Assembly: GCA_030038095.1 (NCBI GenBank)
Contig: JASHPK010000035.1
Coordinates: 26-64,025 of the forward strand
Direction: 5' to 3'
DNA from: Thermoplasmata archaeon
GTDB taxonomy: Archaea > Thermoplasmatota > Thermoplasmata > Lutacidiplasmatales > UBA184
Length of the DNA: 64,000 nt
The position numbers and the translations under genes are program-made. Positions 10,202 through 18,457 of this stretch are shown piece after piece. Below the pieces are notes generated by a model that saw only the letters and a program-made list of their open reading frames with translations, had not been told where the DNA came from and ran no database searches. Each line of letters opens with the position of its first letter. Within the stretch, counting starts at the first letter, position 1.

Positions 10202-10908
10202 CCGTGCCCGCCTCCGCCCCGAGCCCGCCCGAGCGCCTCCGGCCGCGTCCGAAGGGAGAAGCGCTCGCGGTGCTGAAGCTCCTCGCCCACCTCGGAGCGG
10301 ACCACGCCGAGGTCGTCCTCACTTCCCGTGAGGTCGGGGAGCGGATCGGCGTCAGCCAGCAGGCGGCGGACCGGTATCTCCTCGGGCTCGAGAAGCGCGG
10401 GCTCCTCACGCGCTCGCTCGCCCAGCGACGCCAGCGCCTCGCGCTGTCCCCGGCGGGACTCGAGCTGCTCCGCGCGGAGTACCACTCCTATCGGCGGATC
10501 TTCGAGGGGCCGGCGAAGCTGTCCTTCTCGGGGGTCGTCACGAGCGGTCTCGGAGAGGGCCGGTACTACCTCAGCCAGCCCGGGTACGTCGTCCAGTTCT
10601 CCGAGCGACTCGGCTACTCCCCGTTTCCCGGGACCCTCAACGTCCGCCTCACCGACCGGGCGCTCCGCAAGGTCGGCCTCGTCGGGGAGTGGACCGGCAT
10701 CCGGATCGACGGCTTTCACGCGAGCGGACGGACGTTCGGCGGTGCCACGTGCTTCCGGGCCCGGATGAACGGCCATCCGTGCCACCTCATCCGGCCCGAC
10801 CGCTCCCACTACAAGGACGTCGTGGAATTCGTCGCTTCGGACTGTCTCCGAGAAGCGCTCTCGCTCCAGGACGGGTCGGCGGTCGAGGTCGACATCGAGG
10901 AGTCGTGA
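10198..10908 (+). CDS. ribK: CTP-dependent riboflavin kinase fused to an N-terminal winged-HTH (RbkR-type).
   Basis: GTG start overlaps the Sm stop (GTGA). An N-terminal HTH (TSREVGERIGVSQQAADRYLLGLEKRGLL) is followed by the archaeal RibK core (GEGRYYLSQPGY...PFPGTLNVRL). Confidence 0.8.
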   Translation: MTVPASAPSPPERLRPRPKGEALAVLKLLAHLGADHAEVVLTSREVGERIGVSQQAADRYLLGLEKRGLLTRSLAQRRQRLALSPAGLELLRAEYHSYRRIFEGPAKLSFSGVVTSGLGEGRYYLSQPGYVVQFSERLGYSPFPGTLNVRLTDRALRKVGLVGEWTGIRIDGFHASGRTFGGATCFRARMNGHPCHLIRPDRSHYKDVVEFVASDCLREALSLQDGSAVEVDIEES

Positions 10909-11927
10909 TGCGCGGATCGCTCGCCCGCTCGGTAGCGCACGACCGGCGGCCCGAGCCCGCCGGGCCCGACGCGGCGCGTCGGTACGTCAACCAGTGGGTC
11001 GAGGCGGAGGCGATCGGGGAGGAACGCGTGAGCGCGTTCGTTCTGATCCTGAAGACCCGCGGCTGCTATTGGGCGGACGAGAAGGGCTGCTCGATGTGCG
11101 GCTACTCGATGGACACCCTGGGTCGCTCGGCGACCCCCGAGGAGCTCGCCGAACAGCTCCGGCGCGCGCTCGCGCGGTACCGCGACGAGCCGTACGTGAA
11201 GATCTACACGTCGGGGAGCTTCCTCGACGACCGGGAGGTCGATGCGGAGAGTCGCGCGGCGATCGTGCGCGCGTTCGCGGGGCGCGCGCGCCGGCTGCTC
11301 TTCGAGACCCTTCCCGAGTTCGCGACCGCCGAGCGGCTCGGGCCGCTCCACGGGGCCTTCCCCGGCGAGCTCGAGGTGGCCCTCGGGCTCGAGACGACCG
11401 ACCCGACGGTGCTCGCCCGCTTCGTCCACAAGAATGCGCCGCCGCGGGACTACCTCGACGCCGGGGACCGCGTGCGCGCCCTCGGCCTCCGCGCAAAGGC
11501 CTACCTGCTGCTGAAGCCGCCCTATCTCACGGAATCGGAAGCCATCGCCGACGTGGTGCGGTCGATCGGCGAGGCGGCGGCCCATTTCGACGCCCTCTCG
11601 GTCAACCCGGTCCACATCCAGAACGGCACGGTGGTCGAGTGGCTCTATCACCGCGGCCGTTACCGGCCGCCCTGGCTCTGGTCGGTCGTCGCGGCGCTCT
11701 CCGAGGGGGCCGGGCGCCGCGGGAAGGCGCGCCTCGTCTCCTTCCCGACCGCGGGAGGGCTCGCGCGGGGGCCGCACAACTGCGGCGCGTGCGACGCCCG
11801 CGTCCTGCGGGCGATCGAAGCGGCGTCGCTGGCCCAGCGGTTCGAGGAGCTCTCAGGCCTCGAGTGTGCCTGCCGGGCGGGGTGGGATGCGGCGCGCTCG
11901 CTCGAACCGATGGGGGTCGAGGCGTGA
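10908..11927 (+). CDS. Radical SAM protein, COG1244/TIGR01210 family (archaeosine synthase beta-subunit RaSEA-like).
   Basis: ATG overlaps the ribK stop (TGATG). The family-typical motif is KTRGCYWADEKGCSMCGY. 339 aa. The family was assigned from memory of the motif, not from a search. Confidence 0.6.
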   Translation: MRGSLARSVAHDRRPEPAGPDAARRYVNQWVEAEAIGEERVSAFVLILKTRGCYWADEKGCSMCGYSMDTLGRSATPEELAEQLRRALARYRDEPYVKIYTSGSFLDDREVDAESRAAIVRAFAGRARRLLFETLPEFATAERLGPLHGAFPGELEVALGLETTDPTVLARFVHKNAPPRDYLDAGDRVRALGLRAKAYLLLKPPYLTESEAIADVVRSIGEAAAHFDALSVNPVHIQNGTVVEWLYHRGRYRPPWLWSVVAALSEGAGRRGKARLVSFPTAGGLARGPHNCGACDARVLRAIEAASLAQRFEELSGLECACRAGWDAARSLEPMGVEA

Positions 11928-12733
11928 CGGACCTCGTTCCCCGGCTGCCGCGCCACGCGGTCGAGACGATCGCGACCTTCCTGCGCGCCCACGCGCTCGG
12001 GCCGGAGCGGACGGGAGTCGTCGTTGGCCTCTCGGGCGGCATCGACAGCGCGCTCACGGCCCGGCTCGCGCGCGACGCGCTCGGCGCGGACCACGTGATC
12101 GGCGTCCAGCTGCCGGACGCCCGGTTCCCCCCGGAGCTCCGGGAGGAGACCGAGGCGTACGCGCGGCTCCTCGGAATCGCGCATCGTCGTGTCGAGATCG
12201 AGCCGATCGAGGCCCGGTACCGGGAGGCCCTCTCGGAGCTCGCGGACCCGGTCGCGCTCGGGAACGTGAAGGCCCGGATCCGCATGGCCGTCTTATACGC
12301 GATCGCGCGCGGCGCGTCGAAGCTCGTCGCCGGCACCGGCAACAAGTCGGAGATCCTGCTCGGATACTTCACGAAGTACGGCGACGGCGGGGTCGACCTC
12401 CTGCCGATCGGGGACCTGTACAAGACCGAGGTGCGCGAGCTCGCGGCCGAGCTCTCCCTGCCCGATCAGATCCGCTCCCGGGCCCCGAGCGCCGGCCTCT
12501 GGGAGGGCCAGACGGACGAGGCGGAGCTCGGCTTTCCCTACGAGGTGATCGACCGGATCCTCTTCGGCCTCGAGGGGCTGCGGACCGACGCGGAGATCGC
12601 CCGCCGTACCGGGGTCCCGATCGACCGAGTGCGCGAGGTGATCGAGCGCGTCGAGCGGAACCGGCACAAGCGTCGTCTGCCGCCGATCCCGAAGGTCGGG
12701 CTCCGGACCATCGGGATCGACTGGCGGGACTGA
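11924..12733 (+). CDS. nadE: NH3-dependent NAD+ synthetase.
   Basis: GTG overlaps the upstream stop (GTGA). PP-loop motif LSGGIDSA is present, plus GTGNKSE and YGDGG.D..PIGDLYKTEV. Confidence 0.92.
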   Translation: MTDLVPRLPRHAVETIATFLRAHALGPERTGVVVGLSGGIDSALTARLARDALGADHVIGVQLPDARFPPELREETEAYARLLGIAHRRVEIEPIEARYREALSELADPVALGNVKARIRMAVLYAIARGASKLVAGTGNKSEILLGYFTKYGDGGVDLLPIGDLYKTEVRELAAELSLPDQIRSRAPSAGLWEGQTDEAELGFPYEVIDRILFGLEGLRTDAEIARRTGVPIDRVREVIERVERNRHKRRLPPIPKVGLRTIGIDWRD

Positions 12734-12839
12734 CCCGCCGGCTCGCCGGGGCGCCCATCGACCGCCCCGCCCCCGGGGCCCACACGCTTATCCGCGCCCG
12801 AGGCTCGGGACCTCAACCCTCGAGCCTGAGATCGATCGG

Positions 12840-13724
12840 ATGGACCGCGCCACCTACCAGCGTCTCTACGACGCGCTCGGCACGTACGAGGACGTGCATC
12901 GCATCGCGCACGAGGGGCATTGGGACGAGGAGCTCCTCTTCGTGATCCACACCCACCGGATCACGCGGGACGCCACGCGCCGGTTCTACGTCGTGAAGCG
13001 CCAGATCGGCCGCCTCGCCGCGCAGTGGCGTCACGGCCGCTCGATGCTCGACATCGCCCGCGAGTGGCGATTCCCCCCCGTGCTCCTCGGCCAGCAGATG
13101 CTCGGCGAGCTCGGCATCCCTCGCAAGAAGGTCTGGGGAGCGTTCCTCCACCCGGAGTCCGCGCCCGACGCGCGGATCCGCCGCGAGGTCGAGGCGTTGC
13201 TCGCCGCGGACCCGATCTACTCCCCCCAAGGCATGGAGCGGCAGCGCGAGCGGGGCCGCCAGGGCGAGGAGCGGCTGCAGCGCTGGCTCGAGAAGCACGG
13301 GGTCGGGTACCGGACCGAGAAAGACCTGCGCGGCAAGTTCTCGAAGACGCCGGACGCGCTGCTCGACGAGCCGATCATCTTCTTCGGACAGAAGATCCGC
13401 TGGATCGAGTCGAAGGCGAACTTCGGGGACGACGTTGAGATGCGCAAGAACCTGAAGCGCCAGCTCGGGCCGTACACCGAGCTCTTCGGCGAAGGGGTCG
13501 TCGTCTACTGGTACGGTTACGTCGAGGGCGCGGAGTCCCCGCCGGGGATCCTGCTCTACGACGGCGAGACGTTCGAGTCGATCACGCCCGTCGTCCCGCC
13601 TCGGCGCGCGGGAGCTCCCGCTGAGCTCCACTCGCGAGATCACGCTCGACGACCGCACCCGGCTTCGCCTCCTTCAGCCCCAGGATCAGCGCACGGCGGC
13701 AGCGGCGCCGGGCCGCCTCCTTGA
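12840..13724 (+). CDS. TPD-motif PD-(D/E)XK nuclease-like protein (C15orf41/CDIN1 family).
   Basis: FSKTPDALLDEPIIFFGQKIRWIESKANFG gives the TPD...ExK arrangement. The N-terminal part is helical. The last ~45 aa form a low-complexity tail overlapping hisS. Confidence 0.6.
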   Translation: MDRATYQRLYDALGTYEDVHRIAHEGHWDEELLFVIHTHRITRDATRRFYVVKRQIGRLAAQWRHGRSMLDIAREWRFPPVLLGQQMLGELGIPRKKVWGAFLHPESAPDARIRREVEALLAADPIYSPQGMERQRERGRQGEERLQRWLEKHGVGYRTEKDLRGKFSKTPDALLDEPIIFFGQKIRWIESKANFGDDVEMRKNLKRQLGPYTELFGEGVVVYWYGYVEGAESPPGILLYDGETFESITPVVPPRRAGAPAELHSRDHARRPHPASPPSAPGSAHGGSGAGPPP

Positions 13725-14883
13725 GCTGGCGCGACATCGAGCGCGCGAGCAGGTCGCAGTCGGCGGAGACGCCGGACCGACGCAGCTCCTGCACGAGCGC
13801 GAGCGCCTCGGACGCGAGGGACGCGTTCACGACCACCACGTACGTGTCGAGCGGGGGCTCGCCGTCCGGCCAGCGCCCGCCGCTCCTCAGGAGGAGCTCG
13901 AGGGTCTGGTCGCCGATCGCGAGCCCCGCGGCCGGCGTCGACGGGCCCTCGAACAGCTCGATCAGGTGGTCGTACCGCCCCCCGCCGAAGACCGATCGGC
14001 CGTCGCCCGAGCGGGAGTACGCCTCGAAGACCGTGGAGGTATAGTAGGCGATCCCCCGCACGATGGTGGGGTCGAAGACGATCCGGTCGCCGAGGCCCGC
14101 CTTCCCGAGGAGGCCGAACAGCGACTGGAGCCGCCCGAGCCCCTCCTGGGCGGCGGGGTCCAGGCCCCGCCGGCCCAGGTCCGCGAAGAACGCGTCGAGC
14201 TCGCCCGGCGCGACGCCCTCCCCGGCGCTCGCGAAGAGGTCGCCCAGCTCCGCGGCTCGTTCTGCGGAGAGGCCCGCCGCCGCGAGCTCCCCTTCGAACT
14301 GCGCGGGCGGGTTCTTGCGGTAGCCGTCGACCGCCCGGAAGAACCGGCCCATGTCGTTCGCGCCGAACAGCCGGCCGATCCCTTCGGCGACGGCCCGGTC
14401 GCTGATCCGGAAGGCGTAGAGCCCCTCCGCGCCGACCTCGTCGAGGACGAGGGCCGCGGTCGTGAGGAGGTCCGCCTCCGCCGCGACTCCCGGGACGCCG
14501 AGGATGTCGAGGTTGAACTGGGTGAACTCCCGCGTGCGGCCGGCCTGCGGCTCCTCGTACCGCCAGATCTTCGAGACCGTGAACCACTTCACGGGGAGCG
14601 GCTCGGACTTCCCCCGCTCGACGAACACCCGGGCGAGCGAGGGGGTCGTCTCCGAAACGAGCGCGACCGCGCGATCGCCCTTGTCCCGGAAGAGCCAGGT
14701 CTGCGCGGCGATCCCTTCGCCGCTCTTGACCTGGTAGAGCTCGAAGCTCTCGACGCTCGGCGTCTCGAGCTCCACGTACCCCGCGCGCCGGGCCGCGGCA
14801 CGCATCCGTCGCAGGATCTCGGACCGCGCTCCCGCTTCGGGAGGCAGGTAGTCGCGGAATCCGCGCAACGCTCCGGTCGGCAC
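13582..14883 (-). CDS. hisS: Histidyl-tRNA synthetase.
   Basis: GTG start. PTGALRGFRDYLP and class-II motifs (FRYEEPQAGRTREF; GGGRYD) are present. 433 aa. Confidence 0.95.
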   Translation of the reverse strand: MPTGALRGFRDYLPPEAGARSEILRRMRAAARRAGYVELETPSVESFELYQVKSGEGIAAQTWLFRDKGDRAVALVSETTPSLARVFVERGKSEPLPVKWFTVSKIWRYEEPQAGRTREFTQFNLDILGVPGVAAEADLLTTAALVLDEVGAEGLYAFRISDRAVAEGIGRLFGANDMGRFFRAVDGYRKNPPAQFEGELAAAGLSAERAAELGDLFASAGEGVAPGELDAFFADLGRRGLDPAAQEGLGRLQSLFGLLGKAGLGDRIVFDPTIVRGIAYYTSTVFEAYSRSGDGRSVFGGGRYDHLIELFEGPSTPAAGLAIGDQTLELLLRSGGRWPDGEPPLDTYVVVVNASLASEALALVQELRRSGVSADCDLLARSMSRQLKEAARRRCRRALILGLKEAKPGAVVERDLASGAQRELPRAEAGRRA

Positions 14884-14906
14884 GAGGAAAGGAGCCCCGC
14901 CGTTCG

Positions 14907-14912
14907 ATTATA
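14907..14912 (-). promoter_or_regulatory. TATA box (TATAAT on minus), ~25-29 nt upstream of the hisS GTG. This suggests a leaderless mRNA.
   Basis: The plus strand reads gattatac. The spacing matches the archaeal TATA-to-TSS distance. Confidence 0.4.
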
Positions 14913-14948
14913 CCCCTTTCGCCGAAGGCGGCCCGCCCTCGGGGCCGG

Positions 14949-16067
14949 CTACGGAGGGCCGCCGCCCGTCGCCGCGGGAGAGGACGGCGCTCCCGTCCCG
15001 GTCTCCGCCGGCCGGCCGAGCGAGCCGTCGACGAACTCGCGGACGTGGCGGTAGGCGACGATCGTTCCCATGAAGTTGCGCTGACGTAGCTCGTTCGCCA
15101 GCGTCCGGAGCTCGGTGACGGCCGGCGCGACGTCCAGACCCGAGGACCGGGCCCCGACGAGCTGGTCCCGGAGCCGCCGGAGGTCCTCGACGAGCCGGGG
15201 TTCGAGGAGCGCCCAGACCGCGATCGCGGCCCCCGCGAGCGCCCGCTCGCCCTCCGCGCGACGGCCCTCGCCCAACAGGCGTCGGCCCTCCTTGAGCGGA
15301 CCGATCGCGGGCGACGGGTCGCCTCCGAGGTCGCGCAACGTGTGCGCGAGCAGATCGCACTCGGTGACGAGGACCCGGCCGACCTGCCCCTCCTCCTCCG
15401 CCTGCCCGAGCTCGTCCCGTACCTGAGCGAGGCGGCGCTGCGCGCCGACGAGATCGCCGGTCCGGAGCGCGGTCCGGATCGCTTCGAACTGGAGGTCCGC
15501 GGCCCGGGTCGGGACGAGCTCCGCGAGCTCGTTGCGGCGGGCCAGGGCGAGGTCGTACTCCTCGGCGAGGGCGCTCGAGAGGTGGACAAACATCTCGTGC
15601 ACGAGGACCTCGAGCGACCCCGCGTCGCCCGTCTTCTCGGCCGTGCGGGCCCGCCCATCGAAGTCGGTGAAGTCGAGGCCGAGGCGTCGCCCCAGCTGGA
15701 AGAACTCGGTGAGCCGATGGCGGGTCGCTTCGAGCGAGCCCACCGGCGGCAGCGCGGGGAGGTCCTTCAGAGCGCCGATCGGTTCGGCCGCGCGCTGGGG
15801 CACCGCGGGTTCGAGCTCGGCGGCGGGGAGCGCGGGAAAGCGCGGGGGCCGGCTCAACAGGCCCTCCACCGGTTCGAGGTCGGGCGGGACCGCGAGGTCC
15901 ACGGCCGCGAGGAGCTCGGCGACGGTGCGAAGGTAGACGGGGGACTTCTCCTCGTCCGGTCCGGCCGCCTCGCGGACGGAGGCGAAGAGGGCCGCGGCGA
16001 GGTGACAGTTCGGGCACTCGGTGGCCGACGCTCCGACCTCGGTCGCGCAGGCCGGACAGACCCCCAT
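14949..16067 (-). CDS. Hypothetical protein: N-terminal CxxC...CxxC zinc ribbon plus a long helical region.
   Basis: MGVCPACATEVGASATECPNCH..., then ~340 aa of Leu/Ala/Glu/Arg-rich helical sequence. The composition is protein-like compared with the two overlapping Arg/Pro-rich frames. Confidence 0.55.
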   Translation of the reverse strand: MGVCPACATEVGASATECPNCHLAAALFASVREAAGPDEEKSPVYLRTVAELLAAVDLAVPPDLEPVEGLLSRPPRFPALPAAELEPAVPQRAAEPIGALKDLPALPPVGSLEATRHRLTEFFQLGRRLGLDFTDFDGRARTAEKTGDAGSLEVLVHEMFVHLSSALAEEYDLALARRNELAELVPTRAADLQFEAIRTALRTGDLVGAQRRLAQVRDELGQAEEEGQVGRVLVTECDLLAHTLRDLGGDPSPAIGPLKEGRRLLGEGRRAEGERALAGAAIAVWALLEPRLVEDLRRLRDQLVGARSSGLDVAPAVTELRTLANELRQRNFMGTIVAYRHVREFVDGSLGRPAETGTGAPSSPAATGGGPP

Positions 16068-16079
16068 GCCGCTTCGTCC

Positions 16080-17015
16080 TCAGCTCCGGCTGGGGCGGCC
16101 GGGGCTCCCCGATCGGAGCGCGGGGCCCCGGACGTTCGGCCGGTACTGGTAGTCCGTGCGCATCGCCCGCAGTCGGCGGATGCGCTCCTTGGTCGGGGGG
16201 TGCGTCGAGAAGAGGGAGGCGAAGGATCCGCCCCGGAACGGGTTCACGATGTACAGGCTCGACTGGGCCGGGGAGCCGACGTTGATCGGCTTCGCCTTGT
16301 TGGCCGACTCGAGCTTCTGCAGGGCGTCCGCGAGCGCCTCGGGGTCTCCGCAGGTGAACGCGCCGACCTGGTCGGCGCGGTATTCCCGCGTGCGGGAGAT
16401 GGCGAGCTGGATCAGCATCGCCGCGATCGGCGCCGTGATGAGCGCGAGGATCAGGACGATCGGGTTCACGCTCCCGCGTCGGCCCCCGACGCCGAACAGC
16501 ATGGAGAAGAAGACGATCTGGGCCGCGTACGAGATCGCCCCGGCGAGGGTCGCGGCGAACGTCATCAACAGGACGTCCCGGTCCTTGACGTGGGCGAGCT
16601 CGTGCGCGAGGACCCCCTTGAGCTCGCGGTCATTGAGCATCCTCAGGATCCCCTCGGTCGCGGCCACGATCGCGTGCCGCTCGTCCCGCCCCGTGGCGAA
16701 GGCGTTCGGGGTCTGGGTCGGGACGATTGCGATCCGCGGGTCCACGAGACCGAACTCCGGGGCGAGCTCGTGCACGATCTTCGCGAGGCGCGGTGCCTCC
16801 TCGGGAGGCACGATCTTCGCCTTGGTCGACCAGAGGACGATCCGGTCGCAGAAGAAGTAGGTCACGAGGTTCAGGACGAGCGAGAGGGACAGGGCGACGA
16901 TCAGCCCGGCGATCCAGGTCCCGAAGATGAACTCTCCGACGAGGCCGCCGACGACGACGAAGAGGGCGATGATGACGACGAACAGCGTGGCCGTCTTGAG
17001 GCGCGGTCCGACCAT
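16080..17015 (-). CDS. htpX: Zinc metalloprotease HtpX (M48).
   Basis: N-terminal TM helices, HEXXH motif (LAHELAHV), and the C-terminal STHPPTKERI motif. Confidence 0.93.
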   Translation of the reverse strand: MVGPRLKTATLFVVIIALFVVVGGLVGEFIFGTWIAGLIVALSLSLVLNLVTYFFCDRIVLWSTKAKIVPPEEAPRLAKIVHELAPEFGLVDPRIAIVPTQTPNAFATGRDERHAIVAATEGILRMLNDRELKGVLAHELAHVKDRDVLLMTFAATLAGAISYAAQIVFFSMLFGVGGRRGSVNPIVLILALITAPIAAMLIQLAISRTREYRADQVGAFTCGDPEALADALQKLESANKAKPINVGSPAQSSLYIVNPFRGGSFASLFSTHPPTKERIRRLRAMRTDYQYRPNVRGPALRSGSPGRPSRS

Positions 17016-17088
17016 GGGTCGAGGGTCCTGCTCTTCCCACCGGCCCCCCGCTCAAAAGCTCTGAGGGGGGTGGGGAGGCCCGGGTTCG

Positions 17089-18399
17089 CTAGGGTTCGGG
17101 CCCTCTCGGGGCGAGATGACGCCGGGCGGAGGGGGTAGGGTGGTACCGTCCGGGCGGAAACTCGGGCGCCACCGGGACCCGCCGGCCCGACTCCGGAGGC
17201 CACCGCCGATGACACCCGGGGCATCGATACCCCCTCAGTCGTCCGAGGGATCGGGCTCGCCGGCGGCAGGCGCGGCATCGCGGCGGGGTAGCGGCTCCGT
17301 ACCGGGGCAGGAGCCGAAGGATCGTGAGACCCTCCAGCCGGAGGGCGGGGTCGTCGGCGCGGCTGCCCCACACGCGCACCCGGTCCCCCGGGCGCAGCGA
17401 ACCCGCGACCCTCGGAAGGGTCTTCGTGGGCTCGAACGCGAGGCAGTCGATCGGGAGGCCCGATCCGTCCGAGACCGAGAACCGGACGTGGCCGCCCCGG
17501 AGGCGGACGGGAGGTCCGGTCACGACCCCCTCGACGATGCCCCCCGCGTAGGGGGGAACGTCGGACGCCGGTCGGCGGACGAGGTGGTCCCCCGAGCCCT
17601 GGTTGGTGCGAAAAAGCATCCACCGATCGACCGGCTCGGACCGGACCGAGCGGAAGGCTCGTACGGCCGACTCGGGATCCGTGGACCGGAGTCCGTAAAG
17701 GATCGGACACGGGGTGTGAGGGGTGACGAGGAGACGTCGGGTGCGTGGGTCCCGGCACAGGAACAGCGAAGGATACCGCGTCTGCGCGGCCGCGACGCTC
17801 CCGGCATCGACACGGCGAAGCTCGCCCTCGCGTCCCGGGGACCGGTAGGCGAGGAGCTCCCAGGTCGGGTGTCCCCCCGGCCAGGCGAGGCTCGCCGCGG
17901 CGCCGACCAGGCCCCGCTCGCTTCCCTCGGTACGCCACCGCGCGCCGGACGCCGTGAGCAGGGCCTTGACGTCCGGGACCGGGACGATCTCCCGGACGGC
18001 TCGCCAGTAGAGGGAGGCCGGGGGCCGCCGGGACGCCACTACGAGGGCCGGGTCGGTCCCGACGTCGCCCGAGCGCGAGGCGCTCACCAATCGGCCCCAC
18101 GCGAGGTCGAAGAACTCCACTCGATCCCGAGCCGCGACCGGTCGCCCCGACGCGAACGACCAGACCGGCCGTCCCCCGATCTCGGCGAGGCGGCGCCGCG
18201 GCCCCTCCCCCCGGCCGAGGTGGACCGAGAGCGCGGCGTTCCCGCGGGTCTTCCATGGGATGTTGGGGTTCAGGCGGACGAGCCGGGGCTCCCCGATGAG
18301 ATCGAGCCCGAGCTCCCGTCCGAGCGCGACGAGCTCCGTCAGCGCAAAGGTGGTGCAGCCGCCCCGCGGACTATCGGTGTCGTCGATGCCGATCCAGAT
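17089..18399 (-). CDS. tiaS: tRNA(Ile2) 2-agmatinylcytidine synthetase TiaS. The start codon is unresolved.
   Basis: Track ORF 17089..18120 covers only the C-terminal part. The same frame stays open upstream and encodes the TiaS N-terminus (T)IWIGIDDTDSPRGGCTTFALTELV...RLNPNIPWKTRGNAA. The C-terminal zinc ribbon is CRACRRR...CPGC. No ATG/GTG/TTG lies upstream of IGIDDTDS, so I placed the 5' end at ATC 18399. Confidence 0.8.
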   Translation of the reverse strand: MWIGIDDTDSPRGGCTTFALTELVALGRELGLDLIGEPRLVRLNPNIPWKTRGNAALSVHLGRGEGPRRRLAEIGGRPVWSFASGRPVAARDRVEFFDLAWGRLVSASRSGDVGTDPALVVASRRPPASLYWRAVREIVPVPDVKALLTASGARWRTEGSERGLVGAAASLAWPGGHPTWELLAYRSPGREGELRRVDAGSVAAAQTRYPSLFLCRDPRTRRLLVTPHTPCPILYGLRSTDPESAVRAFRSVRSEPVDRWMLFRTNQGSGDHLVRRPASDVPPYAGGIVEGVVTGPPVRLRGGHVRFSVSDGSGLPIDCLAFEPTKTLPRVAGSLRPGDRVRVWGSRADDPALRLEGLTILRLLPRYGAATPPRCRACRRRARSLGRLRGYRCPGCHRRWPPESGRRVPVAPEFPPGRYHPTPSARRHLAPRGPEP

Positions 18400-18457
18400 G
18401 GTCCTCCCCCCTCCGGGGGGAACGGGCCGACTCCGTTTGAGCGAATCGAGCCCGGGC

